Virus record (IMG/VR): IMGVR_UViG_3300018429_000002
Coordinates: 7,578 to 71,577 of that record
DNA length: 64,000 bases
Direction: 5' to 3' (one strand)
DNA from: a virus
In this document: one piece after another, positions 1 through 8,000 of the stretch
How positions within the stretch are numbered: the first letter of the stretch is position 1
Layout: every line of letters begins with the position of its first letter
The notes under the pieces: model-generated
The model's input: the letters and a program-made list of their open reading frames with translations, nothing else
The model's database searches: none
Told to the model about the DNA's origin: nothing
Position numbers and translations under genes: made by a program

Positions 1-406
1 CCCGTTCAGGCGTGGCAAGTCTCTGGACATCCCAAATAGTTCATATCCAGTAGGTCAACTTCGTAGTAAAATACGAACCTCGATTCTTGGTGTAAATCGG
101 TGGGGGACGCCCCAAAGCATGCTCGGTTTGGTCCGAGTGGTGAGGAAGGATAAAAGGGAGAGACGGCGCATCGAAGGCGGGCTTAGCGGTTCGGTAGAGA
201 TGCAATGCTGGAACGACGTGAAATCCCCGTTGATCGATACCTCAGGATCGACCAATTATTACCCCGCAACAATGTATCCCTGATACAATTCCCCTGCGTC
301 TGGGGTGTAAAAGCGGACAACGATGCGAGCAAGTAATGCGTCAGGCGCCCCCTTCAGACTTCAGATTGACTGCTACGAAAGGGGTGGGAAGGTTTATAAT
401 ATCGGC

Positions 407-556
407 ATTGAATTGCGGCAGCGTGGAAGGTCACGCTACTGAGTATCGGGATAGGGAGAAGCGGCAGGTTCCCGAGATGCTAGCTAAGAGCCGTCCAACG
501 GCAGAACGCCACTCGACGCTTCAATAGTCGGTATCAAGCCCGACCCGCAATTCAAT
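407..556 (+). ncRNA. tRNA-like RNA with an ~80-nt structured insert in place of the anticodon loop
   Basis: 12-bp closing stem ATTGAATTGCGG (407-418)/CCGCAATTCAAT (545-556); D-like arm AGCGT-GGAAGGTC-ACGCT (420-437); T-like arm GTCGG-TATCAAGC-CCGAC (527-544); TATAAT at 395-400 just upstream. Confidence 0.6.
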
Positions 557-592
557 ATTTTAGCCACAAGACGGCAAAGGGTAATCAGAGAC

Positions 593-820
593 ATGGATAA
601 CGAGATAATTGATCCTCTGAACTTAGCGTGCGGCTGCTCGTTCACGCCGGAAGGAAGTCATTTGCGCATGTGCGAAGAGGCAGGGCGATTGCGAGCGGTT
701 AAGAATGAGGTAAATCTAAAGGCGTGGCTGGACCACAACAAAGGTTCGCAGCCTACGCTACTTGTTGCCCAAAGGTTAGCGCGACTGAGATTGAATCCAG
801 ACACCAATGGGATGGTGTAA
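593..820 (+). CDS. hypothetical protein
   Basis: ATG-start ORF co-oriented with neighbours; no recognisable motif. Confidence 0.4.
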   Translation: MDNEIIDPLNLACGCSFTPEGSHLRMCEEAGRLRAVKNEVNLKAWLDHNKGSQPTLLVAQRLARLRLNPDTNGMV

Positions 821-870
821 CAGGTAGCATGTCGAAAGGCGGTGTCGGTTCAAGTCCGACTCCTAAAGGT
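803..870 (+). ncRNA. mini tRNA-like element lacking an anticodon loop (or pseudo-tRNA)
   Basis: TG at positions 8-9, D-arm GTGT-AACAGGTA-GCAT (815-830), GTC-GAAA-GGC hairpin (831-840), canonical T-arm GTCGG-TTCAAGT-CCGAC (844-860), imperfect acceptor stem, no encoded CCA. Confidence 0.65.
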
Positions 871-876
871 GAAATC

Positions 877-1044
877 ATGGAAGACGAGAAACAGACCCCA
901 CTTTTTTTGGCAGAAGGCATTGCCGACTTAGAGGGCAAAGACTTGCAATGCAAAGTAGTTGATGCTGACGGCGTTCCCGTGCCGATGGTAGTTGAAACAG
1001 TGCTGGTCGTATTCAGTGAGGGGCAGCAGGCCACAGGCGAGTAA
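877..1044 (+). CDS. small acidic hypothetical protein
   Basis: ATG at 877 after AAGGTGA; C-terminal part of ORF 724..1044. Confidence 0.4.
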   Translation: MEDEKQTPLFLAEGIADLEGKDLQCKVVDADGVPVPMVVETVLVVFSEGQQATGE

Positions 1045-1506
1045 CCTTATGGAAGACCAGCCAATCAAGATTCACGCAGTGGACGTTCAGGACTTCGGCA
1101 CGGGCACCATAAGCACGCCTTGGGTTCCGCCATTGGACGGAGATGAGCGCGAGCGTCGGAATCCCAGTTATCTGTGCTTACTGGATCTACTGGTGTACGT
1201 CACGGGCAAGGACGCAGACTACTGGGCCGTGTACACCTACGGAGAATTGATCGCCGCTGCGCTTGAGGCGTTAACGGCGGAGCAAGCGCGGATCCGCCCC
1301 GCTTCTACTGCTACAGGTGAGTAACAATGAAGGACAAGCCTGAACCTGACCAGGCGGTTGATCCTAAACTGGCAGAGGCTAGGCGTTTCGGTAAACGGAA
1401 GTGGAGTAATGGAGACCAGCGAACTCAACCAGGACGGTGTGATTGGCGGCAGGCTGATCCGACTTAAAGGCAAACAGCATGACTGCTGCTGGCAGTTAAG
1501 AAGTTA

Positions 1507-1923
1507 ATGGAAATCGCGAGAGATTGGCTTGGTAGGCGGGCAGTTGTGCAGGTCGCGCCTGGCGTTCGCGCAAAGTTCCTCCTGAAGTATCAAACTTTGG
1601 TTGTTGGAACTCTAAGCGTAGAGGATGGAATCTGGCAGTTTGATTATTCTGAGGAATTTAAACAAGACGGACAACTACGTCCGCTAGTTGAATTCCCGGA
1701 ATTAGACATATCTTATCAAAGCGCAGATTTGTGGCAGTTCTTTGCGATGCGAATCCCCAGCGCCGAACAACCGGAGGTCGAGGAAATTCTTCGACGTGAG
1801 GAGATCCTAGAGGATGATGCCGTAGGGCTGCTTAGACGGTTTGGTAAACGCACGATTGCCAACCCGTTCGAGTTGACAGTAGCTGAATTTCCTCCTTCCC
1901 CTGCCTACCGAGTTGTGCTATAA
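1507..1923 (+). CDS. stand-alone HipA N-terminal-domain protein (HipS-like antitoxin)
   Basis: VGTL..EDGIWQFDYSEEF...PL.EFP......YQSADLWQFF..RIP...GLL.RFG pattern matches the Couple_hipA/HipA N-terminal family; no HipA kinase domain seen in the window. Confidence 0.75.
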   Translation: MEIARDWLGRRAVVQVAPGVRAKFLLKYQTLVVGTLSVEDGIWQFDYSEEFKQDGQLRPLVEFPELDISYQSADLWQFFAMRIPSAEQPEVEEILRREEILEDDAVGLLRRFGKRTIANPFELTVAEFPPSPAYRVVL

Positions 1924-1928
1924 ACACA

Positions 1929-2063
1929 CCGCGAGGTGCACCATCGGAGCCGATTCATAAGATCGGCCCCGATCCGGTGTCGCGGATATGCGAATGTCCC
2001 TCTCTCGTAACGATCAAGGGGCTTCGGCGTTCAGTTGCCGCAAGTGACTAAGAACCCGGAGCC
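1929..2063 (+). ncRNA. putative structured small RNA
   Basis: Extended -10 TG-C-TATAAA (1916-1924) followed by long interrupted hairpins 1929-1985 and 2020-2063; no ORF. Confidence 0.4.
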
Positions 2064-2171
2064 TTATTGATCTCCTTCCTTTTACACCCGAACCCATGGT
2101 GTGGTGAAAATCGGCAGGCTGATTCCCTCCCTCAGAAATAAACCCGCCAAAGCGTGTAACCTATTGGTTGC

Positions 2172-2363
2172 ATGGCTCACAACCCGAAAGACAAACACGA
2201 CAAAACACTAGCCCCTGGTGATTCAGTAATCATCCGGGCGAAGGTATCAGACGTGTCTCGCGTAGGGACAAAGGTGTTCCTTGAGACCGTCGAGAATCGG
2301 GAAGGGGTTCCAAAACTCCCGTCGCTGCTTGAGTTGGATGGAAGGCAGGTTGAGAAATGCTAA
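2172..2363 (+). CDS. small hypothetical protein (KOW/SH3-like beta pattern)
   Basis: DKHDKTLAPGDSVIIRAKV motif; overlaps the endolysin start. Confidence 0.55.
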   Translation: MAHNPKDKHDKTLAPGDSVIIRAKVSDVSRVGTKVFLETVENREGVPKLPSLLELDGRQVEKC

Positions 2364-3376
2364 CGCTTGACCAGCTACGTCAGATCATGCCCAACGCAAA
2401 AAGGGCGTCCGAATACTTCCCCTACTTAGCTCAGGCGATGGTCGAGTTTGAAATCAATACTCCGCTGCGTGAATCCGCTTTCCTTGCCCAGTTGGCTCAT
2501 GAATCGGGCGAACTAAAACACATGGAGGAGATTGCTTCCGGCTCAGCATACGAAGGCCGCAAAGACCTTGGCAACACTGAACCAGGAGACGGCAAGCGCT
2601 TTAAGGGGCGCGGGCCGATCCAGTTGACCGGGCGCGCAAATTACAAGAAATACGGCGAACTGCTCAAACTGAATCTAGTCGACTTCCCCCTGATTGCCGC
2701 CACTCCTGAAGTTGGATTCCGCATCGCTGGTCTGTATTGGAAGTTAAACGGGTGCAATCGTGCGGCAGACGCTCAAGACTTCAGAGCGATCACGAAGGCG
2801 ATCAACGGAGGCTATAACGGACTGGATGACCGGATTAAGTATTATGAGCGAGCAAAGAGGGTTCTCGCTGAGCCCGTAGCGGTTAAGACTACGCCTTCTG
2901 TAATTGGAGCAATAGGCGCACCCGCGCTTGGGCAAATTCCGCCCGTAGGGATTCCAGCAGAAGATGCGCCACAAGACACGGCCACGCCGGCGGCTGCAAA
3001 GCCAGACAATCCGACACCCCAAAACATTACGCTTCAGCCGACCGTAGCGGACAATGCGACCGCAAAGAAAAGTTTATGGGCGACAGTATGGGCGGCTCCT
3101 GCGCTAATCGGCACTTGGGCGCTGACGAACATTGAAAGGGTTTTCGGCTGGCTAACAGGTATCAAGATGCCCACGATTGATCCTCAGACGCAGAGGATCG
3201 TGCTCATAGGTGTGGCTGTGATTATCGCGCTGTTTATCATCAGGCAGATCGTTGGGAAAGTGATTGCGGAAGTGGGAGCGATTGTTATCACGCTGCGGTC
3301 AATGAAGTATCACGCGGACCCGGTGACTAACAATGTCAAGATTGCATCCCCAGCACCAGCGGAGGAAGCGAAATGA
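2357..3376 (+). CDS. endolysin, glycoside hydrolase family 19, with Pro/Ala linker and C-terminal hydrophobic helices
   Basis: AFLAQLAHESG, YEGRKDLGN..PGDG.RFKGRGPIQLTGRANY and ITKAINGGYNGLDDR are GH19 signatures. Confidence 0.92.
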   Translation: MLTLDQLRQIMPNAKRASEYFPYLAQAMVEFEINTPLRESAFLAQLAHESGELKHMEEIASGSAYEGRKDLGNTEPGDGKRFKGRGPIQLTGRANYKKYGELLKLNLVDFPLIAATPEVGFRIAGLYWKLNGCNRAADAQDFRAITKAINGGYNGLDDRIKYYERAKRVLAEPVAVKTTPSVIGAIGAPALGQIPPVGIPAEDAPQDTATPAAAKPDNPTPQNITLQPTVADNATAKKSLWATVWAAPALIGTWALTNIERVFGWLTGIKMPTIDPQTQRIVLIGVAVIIALFIIRQIVGKVIAEVGAIVITLRSMKYHADPVTNNVKIASPAPAEEAK

Positions 3377-3380
3377 ACCG

Positions 3381-3578
3381 CTATTTTCCTTTCCTAGTTG
3401 GGCCGCGTTGGATCTTGCGCTTTTCCAGCCGCCTTACGTCAGCGTCGGAAAGGATCACTGACCGGCCAATCGTCTGGACTGGAACGATCCCCAGTTCCTT
3501 GATTAACTGTTGGACGCGCCTTGTTGACGTGCCGAGCTTGGCGGCGATTGCAGTTGTGGTAGCTATCCAGTTCGTCAC
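3381..3578 (-). CDS. small HTH DNA-binding protein with basic tail (Aca-like position)
   Basis: IAAKLGTSTRRVQQLI HTH; IGRSVILSDADV wing; last gene of an inverted cassette. Confidence 0.75.
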   Translation of the reverse strand: MTNWIATTTAIAAKLGTSTRRVQQLIKELGIVPVQTIGRSVILSDADVRRLEKRKIQRGPTRKGK

Positions 3579-3579
3579 C

Positions 3580-3948
3580 TTATACCTCCACTTCCGCGAC
3601 TACCTTGCCCGAAGTCGTGATTGCGTAGATGTGGCCTTCTTGAACGTCGTCGGCATCAACTTCCGCGAAGTAAACCTCCGAACCGGCCGCGCATCCGCCT
3701 TCGTCGCAAGAGCTGTCCGAGTGGCCGTAAACTCCGCGTTCGGTAACTCGCGTTACGTGGAAGTTCTCGCCAAGCCCGGCTTCGATCATTGCGTGGAAGA
3801 GGCTCCAAGAAATTACCTTCTGATCGTCGCCGGAAAGGTCGGCGTAGGCGGTCCCAGTCCACTCTTTATCAAGCGTAACGTCGGTTCCGAATTCCTGTTT
3901 CCAGCTCTCTGTGGCGCGTTTGATTGTTTTTTGTATTCTCTTGTTCAC
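3580..3948 (-). CDS. acidic hypothetical protein
   Basis: GTG start at 3948 after AAGGAG; downstream of a sigma70 promoter; abuts the HTH gene. Confidence 0.7.
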   Translation of the reverse strand: MNKRIQKTIKRATESWKQEFGTDVTLDKEWTGTAYADLSGDDQKVISWSLFHAMIEAGLGENFHVTRVTERGVYGHSDSSCDEGGCAAGSEVYFAEVDADDVQEGHIYAITTSGKVVAEVEV

Positions 3949-3988
3949 GGTCTTTATCTCCTTCAAGGCGTTTGCTTCGAACAAGAAG

Positions 3989-4018
3989 ATACTACGCTAC
4001 AAACGAAGTATCTGTCAA
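3989..4018 (-). promoter_or_regulatory. sigma70 promoter with overlapping inverted-repeat operator
   Basis: TTGACA-N18-TAGTAT on the minus strand; inverted repeat AGATACTTCG-N7-CGTAGTATCT spans the spacer and -10. Confidence 0.75.
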
Positions 4019-4615
4019 CACAATTCTTTCGGCTGAGGCGAAATATTCTTTGCACTGTCGGATCGGAGGCGGGAGCCGCGTCGTGAACCTATTGATTCTC
4101 TACTTCCTGATCGGCGGCTTCTGCGTGGCGGTTTACTCGATGCGCATTCTCGACAGGACATGGCTATCGGAGAAGCGCGGCGATGCGTGGGCCGTGTGGT
4201 TTCGAAAGGAAGGCTTACAGTTCATTGGCAACAGCTTTGGACTCTTGGTCTTCTGGCTCCCCTGGCTGATTTTGTCAGGGGTGAAGATGATTTGGCAGGG
4301 GGAGAGGGCAACTCAGTGAAGCCGATTCGGGAATTGACCGTACTGGACATAATCCCGTTTGCAGTTTTGGCGGCAATCATCGGGCTGCTGGCCTTGAATG
4401 CGGCGATTAACTGACGTGACGGGAAGTTGGGCAAGTCAATGAGGGGTACGTTTAGAACCTTACTAGTAAGCGCACTGGGTTTTGCTCTGTATTTAGCGGA
4501 GTTAGCGCTTATCGCTAATTACGTTCTTTATGATTACTGCGCCGCACATCTGTTGTCCGGTTGTTATCCTTAACGAGGGGCAAGTCGAGCGTGATTTGAT
4601 GCGAGAGACGCGAGC

Positions 4616-4936
4616 ATGACAGAAGCAGAAGCCACTATCGAAACAATTAAGCTTTTCGGTGAGGACTCTTTCACTGAGTTCGATGATGCGGGTGGGATGG
4701 ATCGCTATTACGTCGGCGCGCTGCCATCCGAACAAGGGCCTTATGTAGGTTTCATGGGATTTTCATGGGAAGAAGCATTGGGGTTTGCAAAACTGAGTAA
4801 ACGAATCGACGAATGCGCCCGCTGTTGGCATGTTCGCGGTGCTCACGGCCCCAGCAGCGACCACGGAGAGTGTACGCACTATGGTTGCGATTGCCATTCG
4901 TTTGCCAACGAGAAGCGAAATGACACAGGGAAGTAA
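4616..4936 (+). CDS. hypothetical protein with Cys/His-rich C-terminus
   Basis: CxxCxH...H...C...CxC putative zinc-binding motif. Confidence 0.55.
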   Translation: MTEAEATIETIKLFGEDSFTEFDDAGGMDRYYVGALPSEQGPYVGFMGFSWEEALGFAKLSKRIDECARCWHVRGAHGPSSDHGECTHYGCDCHSFANEKRNDTGK

Positions 4937-5503
4937 AGAAACGCCAAAACTTCCGTACGAGCCGGGCGCGTGGTCGGTATTGGTCCCTCTGATGGCTGTG
5001 GTGATCATGATTGGCATCATGGCGCTAGTAGTTAAATCATGCTGAACGCGGACGCCTATGAGCACGCACCAAAAGTCACTGTTTCAGATGTTGGGAGTCG
5101 CTGTCTTTATCATCGTGTTTTCGATTTTCGTGATCGTGACTGGGGGTTGAGCCAGATGAAAGTCACAATTCTCAAAGACATAACACCGAAGGGGTGGACA
5201 AGTGTTTTTTACGCCGCAACTTCTCGGATTGATTATGACGCCAAAAGCCCAATCGCCAAGAAGGATCATCAGTTGAGCTTTCAACGTGGCCCGCATTACG
5301 GGAACGTTGGCGATATGTGCGCCGGCCTAAGCCACGATCAACTGCTTGATTTGGAGCGCCGAGGCTTTGTGAGGATTGAGAGGGTGACCGGGGGTTGAGC
5401 AAATGACCGACAACACGAGAACCTTCATCATGGTCGTGTTGGGTATCGTGGCTCTCTTTCTAATCTGCAGCAGGGACGTTTCAGAGCACATTAGGAACAG
5501 TCA

Positions 5504-5764
5504 ATGATGATTCGAATTCTCTTGTTGGTGGTTTGGCTGTCAGGCACAGCCGCTTGCTTTGTGGTAATCCGTCCGCAGTTAGAAAACGATTATGAGCCCG
5601 TGTTCGCGACGGTTATTGGAAGCGCGATGTTTTGGCCACTGATGCTTCCAGTGTTCTGTTGTACCTTGGCATATCGAGCGGCGAACTCTTCCTTTCAGGC
5701 GTTCAAAGCGCGCAAGAATCGCCCCGCGTTGCGTTCGGGCTTTGAAAACGGATTATACGAATGA
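5504..5764 (+). CDS. small membrane protein
   Basis: Two hydrophobic segments; FWPL motif resembling the FWLPW segment of the membrane ORF ending at 4319. Confidence 0.5.
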   Translation: MMIRILLLVVWLSGTAACFVVIRPQLENDYEPVFATVIGSAMFWPLMLPVFCCTLAYRAANSSFQAFKARKNRPALRSGFENGLYE

Positions 5765-5832
5765 GAGCACTGCGAATCATTCAATGGCTCGGAGAATGGC
5801 TTAGCAGGTTGAGGTGGTGGCTGTTTGGGTAG

Positions 5833-5988
5833 CTAACTTTTCTTGGGCCGCCCGCGCTTTACGGTCCCGCGCTTCGTATTCCAGTAGGGAGAGTTACATT
5901 TAGCACAACCAGTCGGGACGATTTCAGAGATCCATTTATGGCCACAGCGCTCGCAAATACACTTGTTGACTTTGATCGGGGTAATCAT
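5833..5988 (-). CDS. 51-aa C4 zinc-finger protein with AT-hook-like tail (not in the ORF track)
   Basis: Translates as MITPIKVNKCICERCGHKWISEIVPTGCAKCNSPYWNTKRGTVKRGRPKKS; GGAG upstream. Confidence 0.75.
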   Translation of the reverse strand: MITPIKVNKCICERCGHKWISEIVPTGCAKCNSPYWNTKRGTVKRGRPKKS

Positions 5989-6075
5989 GGCTTTCTCCGA
6001 AGGTTGGCCCCCGCTCCAAGCGAGCGACCTGCGCCGCTCACGCTTTCGCGTTGGAGTCTTGAAGCGGGGATGAGG

Positions 6076-6567
6076 CTATTCCGCTTCCGCAAACAGCTTT
6101 TCAGCTTCTTCGGGCGAGCAGAACGCCCAACCGGTATTGTGAATATTCACCGCTGCGATAGTTTCGTCCACTCGCACGATATGATTCCATCCTTGGCTAA
6201 AGATCGTTCCCACTCGGAAGGGGAACATGTCGGCGGGCGCTTGCAAAAGAGAACCAAAGCCGATCACCCAGAGCGAATCATCGCGCACTTCAAAGGCTTC
6301 GTGGCCGTATTGGTCGGCTTGGCTAAAAATGTCGGCGGTATCAAAGTCGGTGATTTCGTGTTTGGAAATCTCGTGGAAGGAGCTGTCGGTGCCGTTGAGG
6401 ATCAATTCCCGGTCGCCGTCCCAGCAGTCCACGACGCAAGCCGCAAAGTTATTGTCACCCGTTTCCCGTTTAACCTCAGAGTCAAGGTAGTTGGCTGCAA
6501 GGGTGAGTGCCGTTTCCCGTTCGGAGTCGCTGCTGGAGTGCCCTTGGATGAATTCTTGAACTGTCAT
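6076..6567 (-). CDS. strongly acidic hypothetical protein
   Basis: GGGAG RBS; roughly 30 D/E versus 9 K/R in 163 aa by manual count. Confidence 0.7.
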   Translation of the reverse strand: MTVQEFIQGHSSSDSERETALTLAANYLDSEVKRETGDNNFAACVVDCWDGDRELILNGTDSSFHEISKHEITDFDTADIFSQADQYGHEAFEVRDDSLWVIGFGSLLQAPADMFPFRVGTIFSQGWNHIVRVDETIAAVNIHNTGWAFCSPEEAEKLFAEAE

Positions 6568-6609
6568 TTTATCTCCCTTTTTGCTCTTTCGAGCGCCTGT
6601 ATCGCTAGA

Positions 6610-6870
6610 TTAAAAGTTGCCGCCTCTTACTTTCCAGATTTGATTCGCAATGCCCGCCGCATTGCCGCTGGCCTCAAAGCCGGCCTTGCGCATCGAGGCA
6701 TCAACCTGCGCCTGCGTGGGGCGTGGGCCGGTTCGTTCTGCCGCCTTGCGAGCCTGCATTTCGTGCCACGTTTCGCAGGGATTCTTTCGCGCCCAAGGGC
6801 CGTCGGCGCTTTTGCAATGAGGGCAAGCGCCGTTGCTGAAATCGTGTTGTCGGGCTGCTGTGTTTTCCAT
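6610..6870 (-). CDS. hypothetical protein, probably leaderless
   Basis: ATG lies 6 nt after the -10 element; CPHC motif. Confidence 0.6.
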   Translation of the reverse strand: MENTAARQHDFSNGACPHCKSADGPWARKNPCETWHEMQARKAAERTGPRPTQAQVDASMRKAGFEASGNAAGIANQIWKVRGGNF

Positions 6871-6876
6871 GTCCAG

Positions 6877-6905
6877 ATACTACAGTAATTGTATGGTCGT
6901 GTCAA
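6877..6905 (-). promoter_or_regulatory. sigma70 promoter
   Basis: TTGACA-N17-TAGTAT; flanks GAATT(G/A)TG and GTAGTATCT shared with the promoter at 3989-4018. Confidence 0.75.
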
Positions 6906-7550
6906 CATAATTCTTTAATGGCAGGCGTTATTTTTTATTCGGGAGGTTTTCAGTTGAGGCAACCAGGAGAATACGCGGATAGCTACCTTGAACCTCTCGA
7001 AACTATCTCGGAGAGGATCACGCGGGTAACGAATCATGGAGAATCGAGGACAAAGCATGGCGACAAAGAAACCAAAGAAACGAAATCCGCAGGATGCAAC
7101 TCGCGCCCGAGATGTGGCTCCGCTTCGTCGCAGGCTGGAAAAAGCTGAGGATAAAATTAAGCAACTGCAAGCGCTGGTTGAGCGGATTACTGAGCACATC
7201 CATGAGTATGATGGAGTGGATGTTACGTGAAAGGTCAACAGGGAGAGTACAGGCGGGATGAGGTGAAAGCGTGAGCGCATCAAATCCGGTCTATTCAGGC
7301 GATCCGAACGACGAGGCATGGGCGTCTCCGAGCGAATTCGCAGACTGTGGTTTGTGCATCGTGTGCATGGCAAAGCGATACCTTCAGGGGAACGTGACCA
7401 AGTTAGAAGAAGGCGAAAGCGTGAGCGAGACTGAGACTAGAACTGCTGAGGCGATGAGTCCCGACAGGATGGCGGCGGACATTAAGGAACTACAGGAGCA
7501 GGTCAAGGTGTTGACCGAGAGCCTGCGCGAACTGAATTGGCGGGCACAGA

Positions 7551-8000
7551 ATGCTTAGTTTCCTTTCAAAGCTCACGCCGTGGCGAATCATCGGGGCGGT
7601 TGCTGGCCTCGTGGTTTTGATTGGAATTATCACGCTTTCGGTGAACTGGTTTCAGGCTCGCAACTTGGACAAGGCGCGAAAGCAGTACGAGGTTGATAAG
7701 GCATCATGGGCTACGGAGCGCGCAGGGATGCTTAGCAGGGCCGAGGAAGCCGAGAAGCGGGCGGCGGCACTGGAACCCAAGGCGATAGCGTTTGACGCCC
7801 TTGCAGCGCAACACAAGGCCGCTGACCCAGCACTGGTGAAACAGATTGAGGAGGTTTCCAAAAATGAAGTGGATAGGTTGGCTAACGCGGAACAGCCTAC
7901 TAACTGCCGTGATCGCGTTCAGTCTGTGTGCGACCTCCTTCGCGCAAGGAACCCAAAGTACGACTGCGGTACGATCTTCAGAGAGAACTGCGGACAGTGA
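7551..8000 (+). CDS. putative inner-membrane spanin (Rz-like)
   Basis: N-terminal TM helix, coiled-coil, C-terminal cysteines; lies between endolysin and terminase. Confidence 0.55.
   Translation: MLSFLSKLTPWRIIGAVAGLVVLIGIITLSVNWFQARNLDKARKQYEVDKASWATERAGMLSRAEEAEKRAAALEPKAIAFDALAAQHKAADPALVKQIEEVSKNEVDRLANAEQPTNCRDRVQSVCDLLRARNPKYDCGTIFRENCGQ

Noticed and set aside
366-400. TTGACT...TATAAT as a complete sigma70 promoter
   Set aside because: The spacer is 23 nt; only the -10 element is retained as evidence.
803-870. Functional decoding tRNA
   Set aside because: No 7-nt anticodon loop, mismatched acceptor stem and no CCA.
3373-4086. 237-aa plus-strand ORF
   Set aside because: Antisense shadow of the minus-strand operon, which has the promoter, RBS and an HTH gene.
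5938-6888. 316-aa plus-strand ORF
   Set aside because: Antisense shadow of the second inverted operon; no motif or RBS.
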